DNA from: Octopus sinensis
Taxonomy: Eukaryota
NCBI RefSeq assembly: GCF_006345805.1
Contig: NC_043007.1
Span: forward strand, 47,368,001 to 47,432,000
Length of the DNA stretch: 64,000 nt
Reading direction: 5' to 3'
The notes below the pieces were generated by a model, which saw only the letters and a list, made by a program, of their open reading frames with translations, did not search any database and was not told the origin of the DNA. Position numbers and translations under genes: made by a program. This document shows positions 39,758-52,551 of the stretch, in pieces (within the stretch, counting starts at the first letter, position 1; the number at the start of each line of letters is the position of its first letter).

Positions 39758-40467
39758 CATATATATACACACACACAAATATACATACAAGCATACTTAT
39801 AAATGTACCTTCATATATATAAACCTAAATACTAACTATTAAGAAAAATGCATTTATGTGTGTGTGTATATATATATATATATTACGTATACACATACAA
39901 ATATGTAAATATATATGAATGTGTGAGAGAGAGAGAAAGAGAGAGAGAGAGGGGGAGGGAGAGAGAGAGAGAGAAAGGGAGAGAGAGAGAAAGCGAGGGA
40001 GTTAGGTGGCGAGTGGGTATCATTGCATGGCAATAAATAAGATGCTGTCAATACATTCAACTAAAATAAAGACATTTATTTTCAGGCTATCACCGATACT
40101 ACTATTCATATTTTTAAAATTGTTATTTCATAACTATTTATTCAAGAAGTATTGCTATTTCGACCCGTATGTCTTTGCTATCTCTACAGCAGAACCCATT
40201 AGCTAAATGGTAGCCTACAGGGTTTTACAATATTCAAAACTAAACGATTAGACACACATATATGTGAACAGAGACAACAGACATCCTTATTTCCACGTGC
40301 GCATATACACATCCGCTTATATACCTACATATCTATACGTATATATGGGTGCGCGTGCTTGTGTGTGTTAGCGAGATGTTATTGTACTATATGTAAGCGT
40401 GTTACATTATTTACTTTAAGTTTAAATTAGAAAATATATATAAATAAATATTATAGATGCATACAAA

Positions 40468-40469
40468 GG

Positions 40470-40560
<91 letters not shown>
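40468..40560. repeat. (GATA)n microsatellite
   Basis: Directly visible. Confidence 0.95.
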
Positions 40561-40561
<1 letters not shown>

Positions 40562-40717
40562 AAGACTGATAGAAAGATATGGACATGTAGATACACAGAT
40601 ATATATACATATACATATATTTATGTATTTATATATGCATATATATATACATATATGTTTATATATACACACACAAACGCAGACACACACATACACACAC
40701 ACACGCACACACATACA

Positions 40718-40775
<58 letters not shown>

Positions 40776-41141
40776 CATACATACATACGTATATATGCTT
40801 GTATACTAATATTACTTTGGAGTGATTGTAGCGTGTGAGGTTCTCATATATATTGAAAACGGGATATATGGGAAGTGGTAGTAGTAAAAGAGAAAGAGAA
40901 ATATTTACAGTCACAAAGTAATAAATAAGGAGAAACAGAATTGCTTTGATTTAACGAAATATTTCTGACCAATATTTCAGTAAATATATCTAAATATCTG
41001 AAAACGTCAAAAATTCTTATTTGTTTCTTTTAGTAAATATTTGAAGCGTTTGGTTTTACTGAAATATGGCATGGTAGAAGTATGCAGGTCTCTGTGTGTT
41101 GTGTGCGAGTTTATCGCGTTTACATGTTTACATACATGTCT

Positions 41142-41175
<34 letters not shown>

Positions 41176-41181
<6 letters not shown>

Positions 41182-41985
41182 CTATTATTCATAGGTACCG
41201 CACGCTAGGAGGTACTTTGCAGTCAAAACTACTAAAATAAACAAATTGTACCGAATGCAAAACTTCAAAGCAAGTCATTTTGCTTTGAAGTTTTGCATTC
41301 GGTACAATTTGTTTATTTCAGTAGTTTTGACTGCAAAGTACCTCCTAGCGTGCGGTACCTATGAATAATAGTACCCTCTATATAATATAAATAAATATTT
41401 TCAAAGTGGAAAAATTTACAGATTTTTTCTCTTACGACGTTTTTCACGCTAACTACTGATAATTTCTTATAAATATTTTATCCTTATTTTTAAATTTATA
41501 TTTTTCACCGGAATAGTTCAATACTGAATTTTTGTTCTGAGTAGGCAAGTTGTTACCGAAATGCATTGCGAATAAGCCCGCCATTTTCATAGATATGTAA
41601 ATATTCGTACATGCTGTGGCGAATTCTACGGTTGGCTGTCGGGTATGTAATGTTGTGTTTTTTCTTATATGTCTTGAGTTCGTTGCACTGAAGAGCATAG
41701 AATGTATATTCTGCATTGACTGCGAAATCACAGGTGATATGTAACTAAATTCTGTTTTTAAATTACTTGATTTGAAGTTTTGCATTCGGTACAATTTGTT
41801 TATTTTAGTAGTTTTGACTGCGAAAATCCCTCCTAGCGTGCGGTACCTATGAATAATAGTACCCTCTATATAATATAAATAAATATTTTCGAAGTGGAAA
41901 AATTTACAGATGTTTTCTCTTACGAGGTTTTTCACGCTAACTACTGATACTTTCTTATAAAGATTTTATTCTTATTTTTAAATTT
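41176..41985 (+). mobile_element. Non-coding hammerhead-containing element with 5' fold-back and direct terminal repeats (PLE-derived / retrozyme-like)
   Basis: Inverted arms 41176-41273 and 41280-41377 (98 bp, 1 mismatch); direct repeats 41280-41497 and 41767-41985; hammerhead 41682-41745; (TA)n on both flanks. Confidence 0.75.
41682..41745 (+). ncRNA. Type I hammerhead ribozyme, intact core
   Basis: gttgca|CTGAAGA(41688-94)|gca tagaat gtat attctg cattgac tgc|GAAA tcac ag gtga TA|tgtaac; 6-bp stem I, 5-bp stem III with a 2-nt loop; predicted cut after 41739 (AUA). Confidence 0.8.
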
Positions 41986-41986
41986 G

Positions 41987-42017
<31 letters not shown>

Positions 42018-42809
42018 ATGTATATATATAGAGAGAGAGAGAGGGAGAGAGGAAGAGAGAGGGAAAGAGAGAGAGACAAAGATAGCGGGAAGTGTGAGAT
42101 ATATACATACGTATATGTATATACATATATACATATACATATATATACATATATATATGTATATACATACATATACATATATATATATATATATATACAT
42201 ATATTTACATGTACTAGTGTGTAAAAATACATATATATACATACATATACATATATATATATATTTATACAGATATGTTTATATATTTGTATATATGTAT
42301 TATGTATGCACGTATGCATGCATGTATGCATGTATGTATGTGTGTATATATTATGTATGTATGTACGTATAAGAGCCATATGCCATTCGCAAACCACACT
42401 GTGGTTTGTCGGCATTTATCATACCTCCGTCAGTTTTTGATGGGTGGGCCTATGTAGTCGCGAATATACCCTTAACCCATTTAACTGAGAGACACATCGG
42501 ACAATTCACAGCTAGAAAGAGACAGGGATTCCCCAGCAGCCAACTCGTTCTCATTTACTGTTGAATCGAATGGTTACACATGAAACGAAAATCTTGCACA
42601 TGAACGGAACCTGCTGCACGGTCCGACAACCAAGTTCACAAGCATGCAAGCGTAAACCGTAGGCTACTCGCGAACTCCTAAGTCACGTTTCCTTTAAATC
42701 ACGTGCAATCCTTCAGACTGGCTTCCGCACATTTACAGTAAACCGTCGCCATTCTATAACCTTTATTTCGCGCGTGCAAATTTTTTTATGCATCCCGGAC
42801 AGCTCGAAA

Positions 42810-43255
42810 CATCATTAGCAGCAAGGTTTGATGTTTCGATTCCAACTATATTGGATCACCTGAAACAAATCAACAAAATAAAGAAACTGGACAAGTGGCT
42901 ACCACACGGACTGAACCAGCATCAAATGACACGCTGTCTTGAAAGTTGCTGTTCTTTGCTGTCACGGCATAACATAGAACCATTTTTGTATCGTATTGTT
43001 ACGTGTGATGAAAAATGGATTTTTTTCAACAAAAGCAATCGTTCTACACGTTGGCTGGATAGATATGAAGTGCCAAAACACAATTCAAGAAAGAATATTC
43101 ACCAAAAATGGTCAATGGTGTCAGTTTGGTGATCCAGAGCTGGTGTCATCCATGGCAGCTTCATGAGTCCTTGTAGGTCAATTACAGCAGTTTTATACAT
43201 CAACTAATTGGATGAAATGATGAGGGAACTTGCAATTAAACAACCAATATTGGAC
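42810..43255 (+). mobile_element. Mariner transposase internal fragment
   Basis: ORF 42788-43132: KKLDKWLPHGL..FLYRIVTCDEKWIFF..MVSVW (WVPHEL and first catalytic Asp motifs). Confidence 0.85.
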
Positions 43256-43314
43256 AATAAAAATAAGGTCAATTCTCTTGGAGAAAATTTGACTAAAATA
43301 TTATTTGACTACAT

Positions 43315-43400
43315 ATATTCTCAAACCATCGACGTACAGTGCTCTTATTCGTCACATCTTTACCAAATACATCATTGATGTTTCGAGCTGCCTGGAATGC
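43315..43400 (-). mobile_element. Mariner N-terminal HTH fragment
   Basis: Minus-strand reading QAARNINDVFGKDVTNKSTVRRWFE. Confidence 0.6.
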
Positions 43401-44596
43401 CTTATATTTGGCTAAAATATTATTCCTCCCTTACATATATTTTACCAGGTATATCTTTTAAGGTTTTAACAATTTATCAAATTTACCTTTCATGAGCACT
43501 AATTCACATTTAAGTGCGTGTTTTCACCTTAGAACCTTGATACTGTATAATCCCCAATATTTTCACATTTTGTCGTTACCTTAAATGTTTCCTTGTCTCT
43601 GTTATTTCTCACATTTAAATTTTCTTCACTTTCAACATAACCCTTTTCTTAAATCAAACTTCTTCATTAATTTGATGTATTTTGTTTTAATTTAATTTTA
43701 TCTATTTAACTTTTTGTCTGTTTAAACTTTAGTTTCATTTAATCCTATATCTTCTTTTCTTAGTCATTTTTAATATCTTACTTACATATTCATTTTGAAC
43801 TTTCATTTTAACAAATAGCGTGGTATTTTTTGACCACTCCCCTTTTTGGTTTATGCTATTTCTCTTTCACTCCCTATATTATCCCATTCCATTCAATTTT
43901 CCTGTTTATTTCGACTATAAAGTTTTAACCCATTGCTCTGAGTTCATTTTCCCGTCATATCTTCCTACTCTCCACCATAAACTTCCAGTGATACACAGAT
44001 ATATTCATATTTTTTTCTTCTATTTTCATTTACTTACGTATTTTTCTATATTTAATGTAGCGTATCTTAGTTTTCTCAAAAATCTGTACGCTGCAAAATA
44101 TTTCACCCAGTTATCATTTATTATATTTAAAATAACTTTCTTTTCTTTTATATTATAAAGTCCATCATCAATGACACACTTACCAACAATTATCTAAACA
44201 TTAGGATACTTTTTTGTCTTTACATAGCCCTAATATATGGACAAATTTTTTAATTCATCGTTCAATGTTTGCATTTTCGTATTTTATTGAAGATTTCAAA
44301 GGATCGCTTCAATTTTACTCTCAATACATTTTAAATATTAATGCACTTTATATATTTATTTATTCATTAAATCTATTAAATTTCGTTTTAAATAGGTTCT
44401 TTCCAACTATTAGTGTCTGATTATAACCAGTTTCTTCCTTACTATAATGTTTGTTAATTAGCCAAGCAATTTTTTCTTCTCTTCCTTTCTCTCTCTCCCT
44501 CTCTTTCTCTCGCATTATCTCTCTTTCTCTTAATAATTCTCTCTCTCTCCTAAGTTCTCTCAATTAATTTCTTTCTCTCTCCTAAGTTCTCCCTCT

Positions 44597-44637
<41 letters not shown>

Positions 44638-45409
44638 AAGTTCTCGCTCTTAATTTTTCTCTCTCTCTTTCTCTCTGTATTTTTGTACTTCTCTTCCGCT
44701 GCGCTGCTTACACTACTCTGTTTATTTTCCTTTTCATTCTCGCTGCATGTCTGTCTTTCTATAAACATATACATATATTCCACATCAAATCAATTTAGAC
44801 AGAAATTTACAGACAGACAGAAAACGAAAACTCTACGTCTATAAAAACTTTCCTTTCTTTCATCTTTATGTTTCTCTCCAATCCATCAGGTTTTATTTTC
44901 ACCCCACTCTCTCTTCTATATATATGCAAAAGCTTCCCAAAAGCTTCGATGTATTTGCAAAAGCTTCATTTCTATATATTCTCGCACATGACGTAGTTTT
45001 ACACTCAGTTCATAAGATCGCAAGAATGAAACATACTGAAGTTTGCTATGAAGGTTAAACATCCATCAATAGATACAGCTAAGAATGTTTCAGACTTTTA
45101 CATCACAATCATGAGTATATGTGTTCCATACTACTGCATGGAATTTTAAGCAAGCGTTTACTAGAGTCCCTCAAGACCCATACCATATGAGTGAGTTTGT
45201 CAAGTCGAAATTGTGTAATAGGCTCTCAACTGCCAGTACTTTCAATTAAATGCACACGCTTTCTTACGTTACCATGTTGTTTCTTTGAAATACTTAGTCA
45301 TATAGGTTTATATATGCACATAAATATGTACATTAATATGCATATATAAATTTATGTATGTGTAGTTATATTTACATATTCATTTATTTATGCATACACC
45401 GAAACCCTA

Positions 45410-45810
45410 CTTCCTGCCCCTTAGAAGGATCCTGCCACTCTAAAGTATACAGAGCCACCTTTACACCATCCGATGGCATTACTAGGCACTGTACGAGAAT
45501 GACAGCCAATGACTTCGAGGGAAGATACGCCTAGGACTAGCATTCATTTAGATCCAGGGACAGAGGGAACTCCACTTCCTTGTCGGGCTTTCTCTGGAGA
45601 CTTCGTGACCTCCGAGACGAAACACCCAGCTTCAAGTAGACTATTGTGGACAGAGTGCCACCATATTCACCCGGCTCTCCTGATTGCGAGTTGTGCATCT
45701 ACCAACCAACAGTTTCCATTGATAAGAAATATGCTGTATCTTACTGCTGTTACCAGAATACACTCTTCTGATAAGTTTCAAGCCACTGGCCGCCGGCAAC
45801 CCGGATATAC
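45410..45810 (+). mobile_element. Penelope-like GIY-YIG endonuclease remnant
   Basis: Reads CPLEGSCHSKVYRATF..DFEGRYA..HSFR..NSTSLSGFLWRLRD..TIVDRVPPYSPGSPDCELC, with stops; same domain type as 3640-4000. Confidence 0.75.
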
Positions 45811-46389
45811 CTCCTTAGTACCAGCTACCTCCAGCGCTGCCTACACCAAGGTCACCGTCATAAGCTAATCCCCATGAGCAGAACCGCAAATCACCAATCT
45901 CCAACACGTCTTCATGCCTGTCTACTCGCATACTTTCACCCTTTGTGCATAACCACACGAGTATATGTGCACTTACGCACGCATCTGAGTACGCGTATCT
46001 CATCTGCTCACTGTAGGCATAAGCATGGATATGTGCACACTGGTGTGCACATGCGCACTTGCGTCCCATATACATGTGTACTCGTACGTGTTCATGTATG
46101 TACACGTACACACATTTGTGTGGGCTTGTGCTCGTATGCATATGTACATGAAAATAAATGTGTGCAAGCGTGTGTCAGTGTGTGTGCGCGCCTGTGTGTG
46201 TGAGTGCATGTGTGTGTGCGTGTGTGTAAATTTTGCGCACATGCGTGCGCGTCTGTATTCATGTGCGTGTGCGTGCGCGTGGATGTATGGATGTACATCT
46301 ACGCACAGATACAAACTCGTATATGTATAGATGCATATACGCAGATATATGGGCATGTACATGTACACATATCGACATATAGAGGGGAG

Positions 46390-46560
46390 AGTTCACGAAA
46401 AAAACAAACGACGAAGACAGGTGGTGTACAAAACAAACAGATGTATTAGTATAACGCTCAGGAATAGAAAAAATCTTTTACATTTCGAGCCTATGCTCTT
46501 CTACAGAAAGGGACACAGAAAAAAACAAGGAGAGAAAAAATGTGTGTAGTAGCTTCCGAT
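46390..46560 (-). mobile_element. Short PLE-type terminal repeat fragment with variant minimal hammerhead
   Basis: Minus strand: cttt CTGTAGA a gagc atag gctc GAAA t GTA aaag; related to 14100-14290. Confidence 0.45.
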
Positions 46561-47050
46561 CTATCATGGCGATTGACATATATACTATAATACCAACTTA
46601 CCCTTCCTGTCTATCACGCGGTCGATTTCCTCTTCATCATGCGGTATTCTCCAAGTAATTGTTGTCGTTGTAATACCAACATCAAACTGCCACACCATGT
46701 AACCTTTCTCGACCAATCGCAGATTATCGTCCAGTAGTAAAAGTTAACTCTCTTCAATCAAACTCTCATTCAGACTCGCCGGACGAATACTAGCGACACG
46801 CTTGAAACTCGGTGTACCAAGAAGTTTAAATCAAATTGTTTTGATCCATGCATGTAAATTCCCAATACGTGCGCTGAGTGCCCTTATTTCGTTTGTCTAC
46901 TCACTCAGTATATACATATATATATGTGTGTGTGTATGTATATGCATATTTATGTGTGTATGTGTGTGTATGTGTGTGTATGTGTATGTATGTGAAGTTT
47001 ATCTCTATAGATTTCATATAGAATTCAGAGCCAGCACTGCAGCCTACGAC

Positions 47051-47619
47051 ATGTAAGTGATGCAAGCGACAATAAGTAGAAATGCAAGTGATGGGCATAT
47101 ATTCATATTTCAAGAGTTATTGCTTTTTCATCAGCACTACATTCGACCCAACGTCTATCCTCAAACGTATTGCTGGAATATCCACAAATTTTAGCGGAGC
47201 AATATACCTGAATAGACAAATGTACATATTAAACGCATTCATGACAACTGGTACGTACATATCACTTATTGGCAAAGATACAGTATTTCGCTTTACAACT
47301 ATACTCCTAAGTAAATTACAGGTTTACAAGTCAGTATTTTGTATTAACTTCTGTTAGCAGTGCACTATTCTCACTTTTAGATTTTCATCAATGTAAGCAA
47401 TGCGATCAGAGATAGAAAAGGTACGTAATGGGAGTATGTGCATATTTCAAGACTTATTGCCATTTCATCAGAACTACATCCAATGCATCATCTATCACAT
47501 TGCTTAAATACCCACTGGTGCTGATGAAAGACCAATAACTCTGCAAATGAGCATATACACCGATTACTTGTATTTTCTATCTTCGATCGCATTGGTTAAA
47601 TAGACGTGTTCGCTTACAT
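47051..47619. repeat. Three diverged ~85-bp repeat units (two direct, one inverted), each containing a decayed hammerhead
   Basis: Arms 47395-47476 and 47516-47597 are reverse complements at 62/82 positions; 47051-47144 is a direct copy; each has CTGATGA..caataa..(G)AAA..atat. Confidence 0.75.
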
Positions 47620-48614
47620 CCAAACACATTCATACATTGATACTTTTTCTTTATTAATATCACTTCATTTAGAATTTTTAGTTTACGCTCAAACAGAAAT
47701 ATGAAGTTACAGGGTAACCTTATTAACCTTATTCGTTCCGACTAACTTAGCTCCATACAACGTGATATGTCTATTTACGTATAATAATGTTAATATGAAA
47801 ATACATGCAATATTCTTTCTACAACTAGACCTTGCAAGAACATATACATCAGTACGTTATGGTAAAATCTATCCTATAGCAGTTTCACTTTTTACTTAGC
47901 AACTCTACACATAAACAAATTATTTCGAAATTACATAATTTAGATAGATAAAAATATAAACATACGAATTATGATAATAAAACACCCCCAATAAATACAT
48001 ATATAAGTAAATAAATTATTGATATAGTATTAAATATCACAGGTTTCTTCCAAATTCCAACAACGACCTTTTAAGTCTACAGTTAAAATTATTGATGTTA
48101 TATTAAATATCACAGGTTTCTTCCAAATTAGTGGAACGGTATATTAAATGTCACAGGTTACTTCCAATATTCTTTATTTTTCTCATTTGTTTATATTTTT
48201 ATTTCTGTGTTTTTTGTCAATGAAATGATAAAAATAATGGTGTAGGTATAAGATAAAGAGAACCTGAGGATAATCTAACAATGCTTTGGACTACACTCAT
48301 TGAGACATGCATGTATACTACTATTGTTGATTCAATATTGTGTATAATTTATATATATAATATTCAGCAATTACCAGCTAATAATGATGCGCTGAAACAA
48401 CTGTAGCTATTTGTAATAAATGCTGTCCATTCCATCTTCTCGTATCAAAATTATTTTGTATATGCTCTATGGATGTTTGCGGTATTCGACAGATACTTAA
48501 GGATATCTAATAAAAGGAGAATTATTACTGTATAATGGCATCTGGCAGCCGATACGCGAGAGGGACTTTGGACAGCATGCTATAAGGCTATTACCCAGAT
48601 AATATAAAATGTTT

Positions 48615-48661
<47 letters not shown>

Positions 48662-48934
48662 TTAATCCAAACATGAAGAGGAAACATAACAATGCGAGGA
48701 GGTGGAACAAGTATAGTGTTATTTGATGCACATGAAGGGAAAGAAAGAAGGAGGATTTAACGTTTCGAGCAGAGCTCTTTGTTAGAAACATAGAAACAGG
48801 AAAGGTCCAAGGAAGGGAAAACGATACACACGCGGTCACATATTGAAATATATATATAAGGCGGTGCTCCAGCTTGGCCGCAGTCAAATGACTGAAACTA
48901 GTAAAAGATTTGAAGAAAAGAATATATGTATATT

Positions 48935-48977
<43 letters not shown>

Positions 48978-50427
48978 ATGTGTGTGTGTGTGTGTGTATA
49001 GTGTGTATATATGTATATATATGCATATCAGAGAAAGAGAAAGAGAGAGAGAGTAAGTACCATCTAGTTTATATCAGCATTAAAATATTAGTTGTAGCTA
49101 TTATTGCAATCATTCGGATCATCTGTCAATCTCTGGTATGAGGAAATTTCAAAATCCTGATACACTACTCGCTAACACGACATTCTATGAGTCGTTTGTT
49201 TAATCCCAAGTCACCCCTAATATGTAGTTAAACAACAAGAATAACATTGGTGAAATGATTGTAATCATTGCTTTATTTAGGCAGGGTGGACTTGATGCTA
49301 AACATCAAATACTACCTGAGTTTTTTTGGGTTTTTTTCATACAGCCAATTTTTCTGAAAATAAACCTTTATTTGCTGCTGCTTTTGTGAAAGGAATGATT
49401 AGCGTCATTTTCTTTCACTCGTCCCTAATATAGTATAGTTCTAAGTTGATGAAAACACACTAATCTCTTGTGTAAATATGGCAAATAGTTAACTAATGTA
49501 GTTTTCCTGATCAGTTGCATATATCGATAACTGACTCTTCCTGTTGCTTGCAGGAAGAAGTGTCTTCGCTGCGCTATATCATTGATAGTATTTGAATCCA
49601 CTGAAGTTTGCTTCATTGCGTACGTAGCAATTTTTTCCACTTTATATAATACCACAAAATCAAAAAATCGTGCTTCTTCTGGTAAGAAGATTTCGTTACT
49701 TATACTTCTTTCTAATTTATTCTGATGTAACAAGCGGCAGGAAATTCACTTCGAAGAAAATCCATTACACCATTAGTGGAAAGACAGGAAATCCTAGAAA
49801 AGGAAACTAATTTAAAACTGGAGAGCTAGCTACTTATATACATTGCTGATTCCCATTGTCGTTTGAGTTTATTTTTGTGATATTTTTATGTTTTATAGAG
49901 GATTTATGCTCGTTTATTTTTAAGTATTTAAATGTTATTTTGTGTTTCTAACTATAATACTTTGGCTTTAAGTAGATTACCAAACTCTTTAAACTATAAT
50001 ACATTGGCCAGTAGAAAAATTGCACTGACAAGCCGTGTGTCGTTATTCTCCATTCAATTAAATATCTTTTCTACATTTTACATAAATAGTGATGCAAACA
50101 AGCATAAGATTTAAAACAAAACAAAAAAACACAATACGTACATAGATTAAAATAAACAAGTAATGTTAATGTGGATGAAAAAACTTTTTGGTTATTCTAG
50201 CAAATTTCCTTTCAATTTTTCCTTCAATATTAAATATAATCAGCTTTTGAATAGGTGTGCTAGAAATGACAGGTTGATATGTACTGTTAGATTTGTTAAC
50301 AGTTGTTGGCGGTACAGGAGATGGTGTTCAGTTTTTCTTATAGTTTCTACAGTTTCTGCATACATGCATAAATACATGTACAATATATTTATCTATATAT
50401 GAGTGTGTGTGTGCGTGCGTGTGTAGG

Positions 50428-50630
50428 ATCCAAGTTTTTGCACAAGGCCAGCAATTTTGGGGAAAGGTGTAAGTTGATTATATTGATCACTGTGCTCATC
50501 TGGTATATATTTTATCGACCGCGAAAAGATGGAAGGTAAACATCGGCAGAATTTAAATTCAGATCATAAAGATGAACGAAATTAAGCTAAGCATTTTACC
50601 CGCGTGTTAATGATTCTGCCAGCTCACCTT
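50428..50630 (-). mobile_element. tRNA-derived SINE, decayed
   Basis: Similar to 6127-6332 (ttttgcacaaggccagcaatttt...ttaatgattctgccagctcacctt). Confidence 0.65.
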
Positions 50631-50977
50631 TATATTTTTTAGTGTATCTAAGTAATATTATAACTATAATTATGTATGTTAAACAATATTATAACTATAA
50701 TCCTATTTTGAACAATATTTAATGAATGCATATTAATATTGTTTTACCATATACTTTCACCTGAAGACGTAGCTTAAATTTTGCATTATTTCGAAAGATG
50801 TTTTTGGATTTTGAATAAATTCAGACATGTAAGTAATTTATTTATTATCAAATATAATAATATAAATTATTTACGTGTTTTTATAAGATACGGAACAATT
50901 TGTGATTATTGAATTTTCTTTGTGCTAAATAATATTTTATAAAAGTACTTCTCTCTCATTTATTATCGCACACACAT

Positions 50978-51073
<96 letters not shown>

Positions 51074-52551
51074 TAATAAATATATATATATTAATAATAA
51101 TAATATATATATATATATATACTATCTTTTACGTGTTTCAAACATTTCACTGCTGTCATGCTGGGGCATCTCCTTGACGAGATTTAGTCAAACAAACGGA
51201 ACCCAGAGCTTATATTTTCAAACTTGGTACATTCAATGGTTTTCTTTTGCCGAAAATTAAGGAGACGTAAACACCCAAACACCGGTTTCCAAGCGTTGGT
51301 GGGGTCAAACACACCCCCAAAGACACGCAATCGACGGGCTCTTGTTAAAGTTTTGATAAACACTTAGGTAGCTTCACTATATACAATAAATAAATATACT
51401 CCACTTTACGTATTGGGTTCTATTTCTCCTGTTTGAAATAGTGAAAGAGAGAATGAGTATATGTCGATATCTACATGCATGTGTAAAGCAGAGTGCGTAC
51501 GGAAATGTCTATATAAGGCATAGAATTGTAGCTCACTAAAACGTAATATACGGAGAGCAAAGGAAATGCTATAATGCAACAAATATCAAATTATTTTTTT
51601 TGCCGCGAACCGAAACGAAAATGGGGTTTCAATAATTGCATTATAAATTGAATTATACGCCAAACATCACGCATATGTCTAGAGCAGTATGTGTGTGTGT
51701 ATATACGTGTATGTGTGTTGTATATACGTGTATGTGTGCGTATATGGATGAATGTGTGTATGGGCAAATTTATAGAAAAATACATATATGCACACATAGG
51801 GTGTATAATTTATATTATATATATATACATATATATATATACATATATATATATGTATGTATTATGTGTGTATATGTATGTATATACATATACATAAATA
51901 CATGTATATGTATATATATATACATATATATATGTACGTACATACATATGTGTCTAAGCACTACGTTAATGTGTATATATACATGTACGCATGTCTGTAT
52001 CCATGCTTATATAGACATCCATATAGAGGTTTGGAAACATACATATCCATGCATAACTCCATAAATACACACATATATTAATTTTCCCGGTCTTTCAAAT
52101 AATTCCAATTCTCTTGAACTATGTTGTGAATATATTAGTACATCTTAACACTTCATCATAATACTGAACTGGGAAGAACAATGAACAAAACAGTATAATT
52201 TTCCAATCTCTTCATCACTATTTCTGAGATGCCTACAGAAATATTTAGATGTCGTTTGTGTATAGAGAGAACAGTTTAATTACATATATATGTGTGTGTG
52301 TGTGCACGTATGTATACATACGCATATCTATGTATATGTATGTATATATGTGTGTATGAATTTATATACGAGTATATGTATATAAATACATACATACGCA
52401 TATATATACATATATATATATATATAATATGATGCAATATAATACATGTGTGTATTTGTATGCTAGCATTTTATTTAAAAAAGTGACTCCAACAAAAGTA
52501 GCTAGGGAAAGTGTCCCAAAATTAATATGTAGAATAGTTACTAATGACAAA

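Noticed and set aside
41500-41760. Protein-like minus-strand reading (HITCDFAVNAEY..NRRIRHSMYEYL) and the 160-aa ORF 41453-41935
   Set aside because: It is explained as the antisense of the hammerhead-containing repeat; there are in-frame stops and no domain is recognised.
39093-42415. Numerous ORFs rich in YI/CV/HT/LS repeats
   Set aside because: These are translations of dinucleotide and tetranucleotide microsatellites; the same applies to similar ORFs across the window.
47994-48170. Three 27-43 bp direct repeats with spacers (CRISPR-like look)
   Set aside because: Eukaryotic context, unequal spacers and only three copies (48014, 48087, 48142); ordinary local duplication.
48376-48412. Possible decayed hammerhead (agc TAATAATGA tgcgct GAAAC aact GTA gct)
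   Set aside because: The core is mutated and stem II is absent; too weak to call.
50755-50810. Possible hammerhead (CTGAAGA...GAAAG)
   Set aside because: Stems I-III cannot be paired convincingly and there is no valid cleavage triplet.
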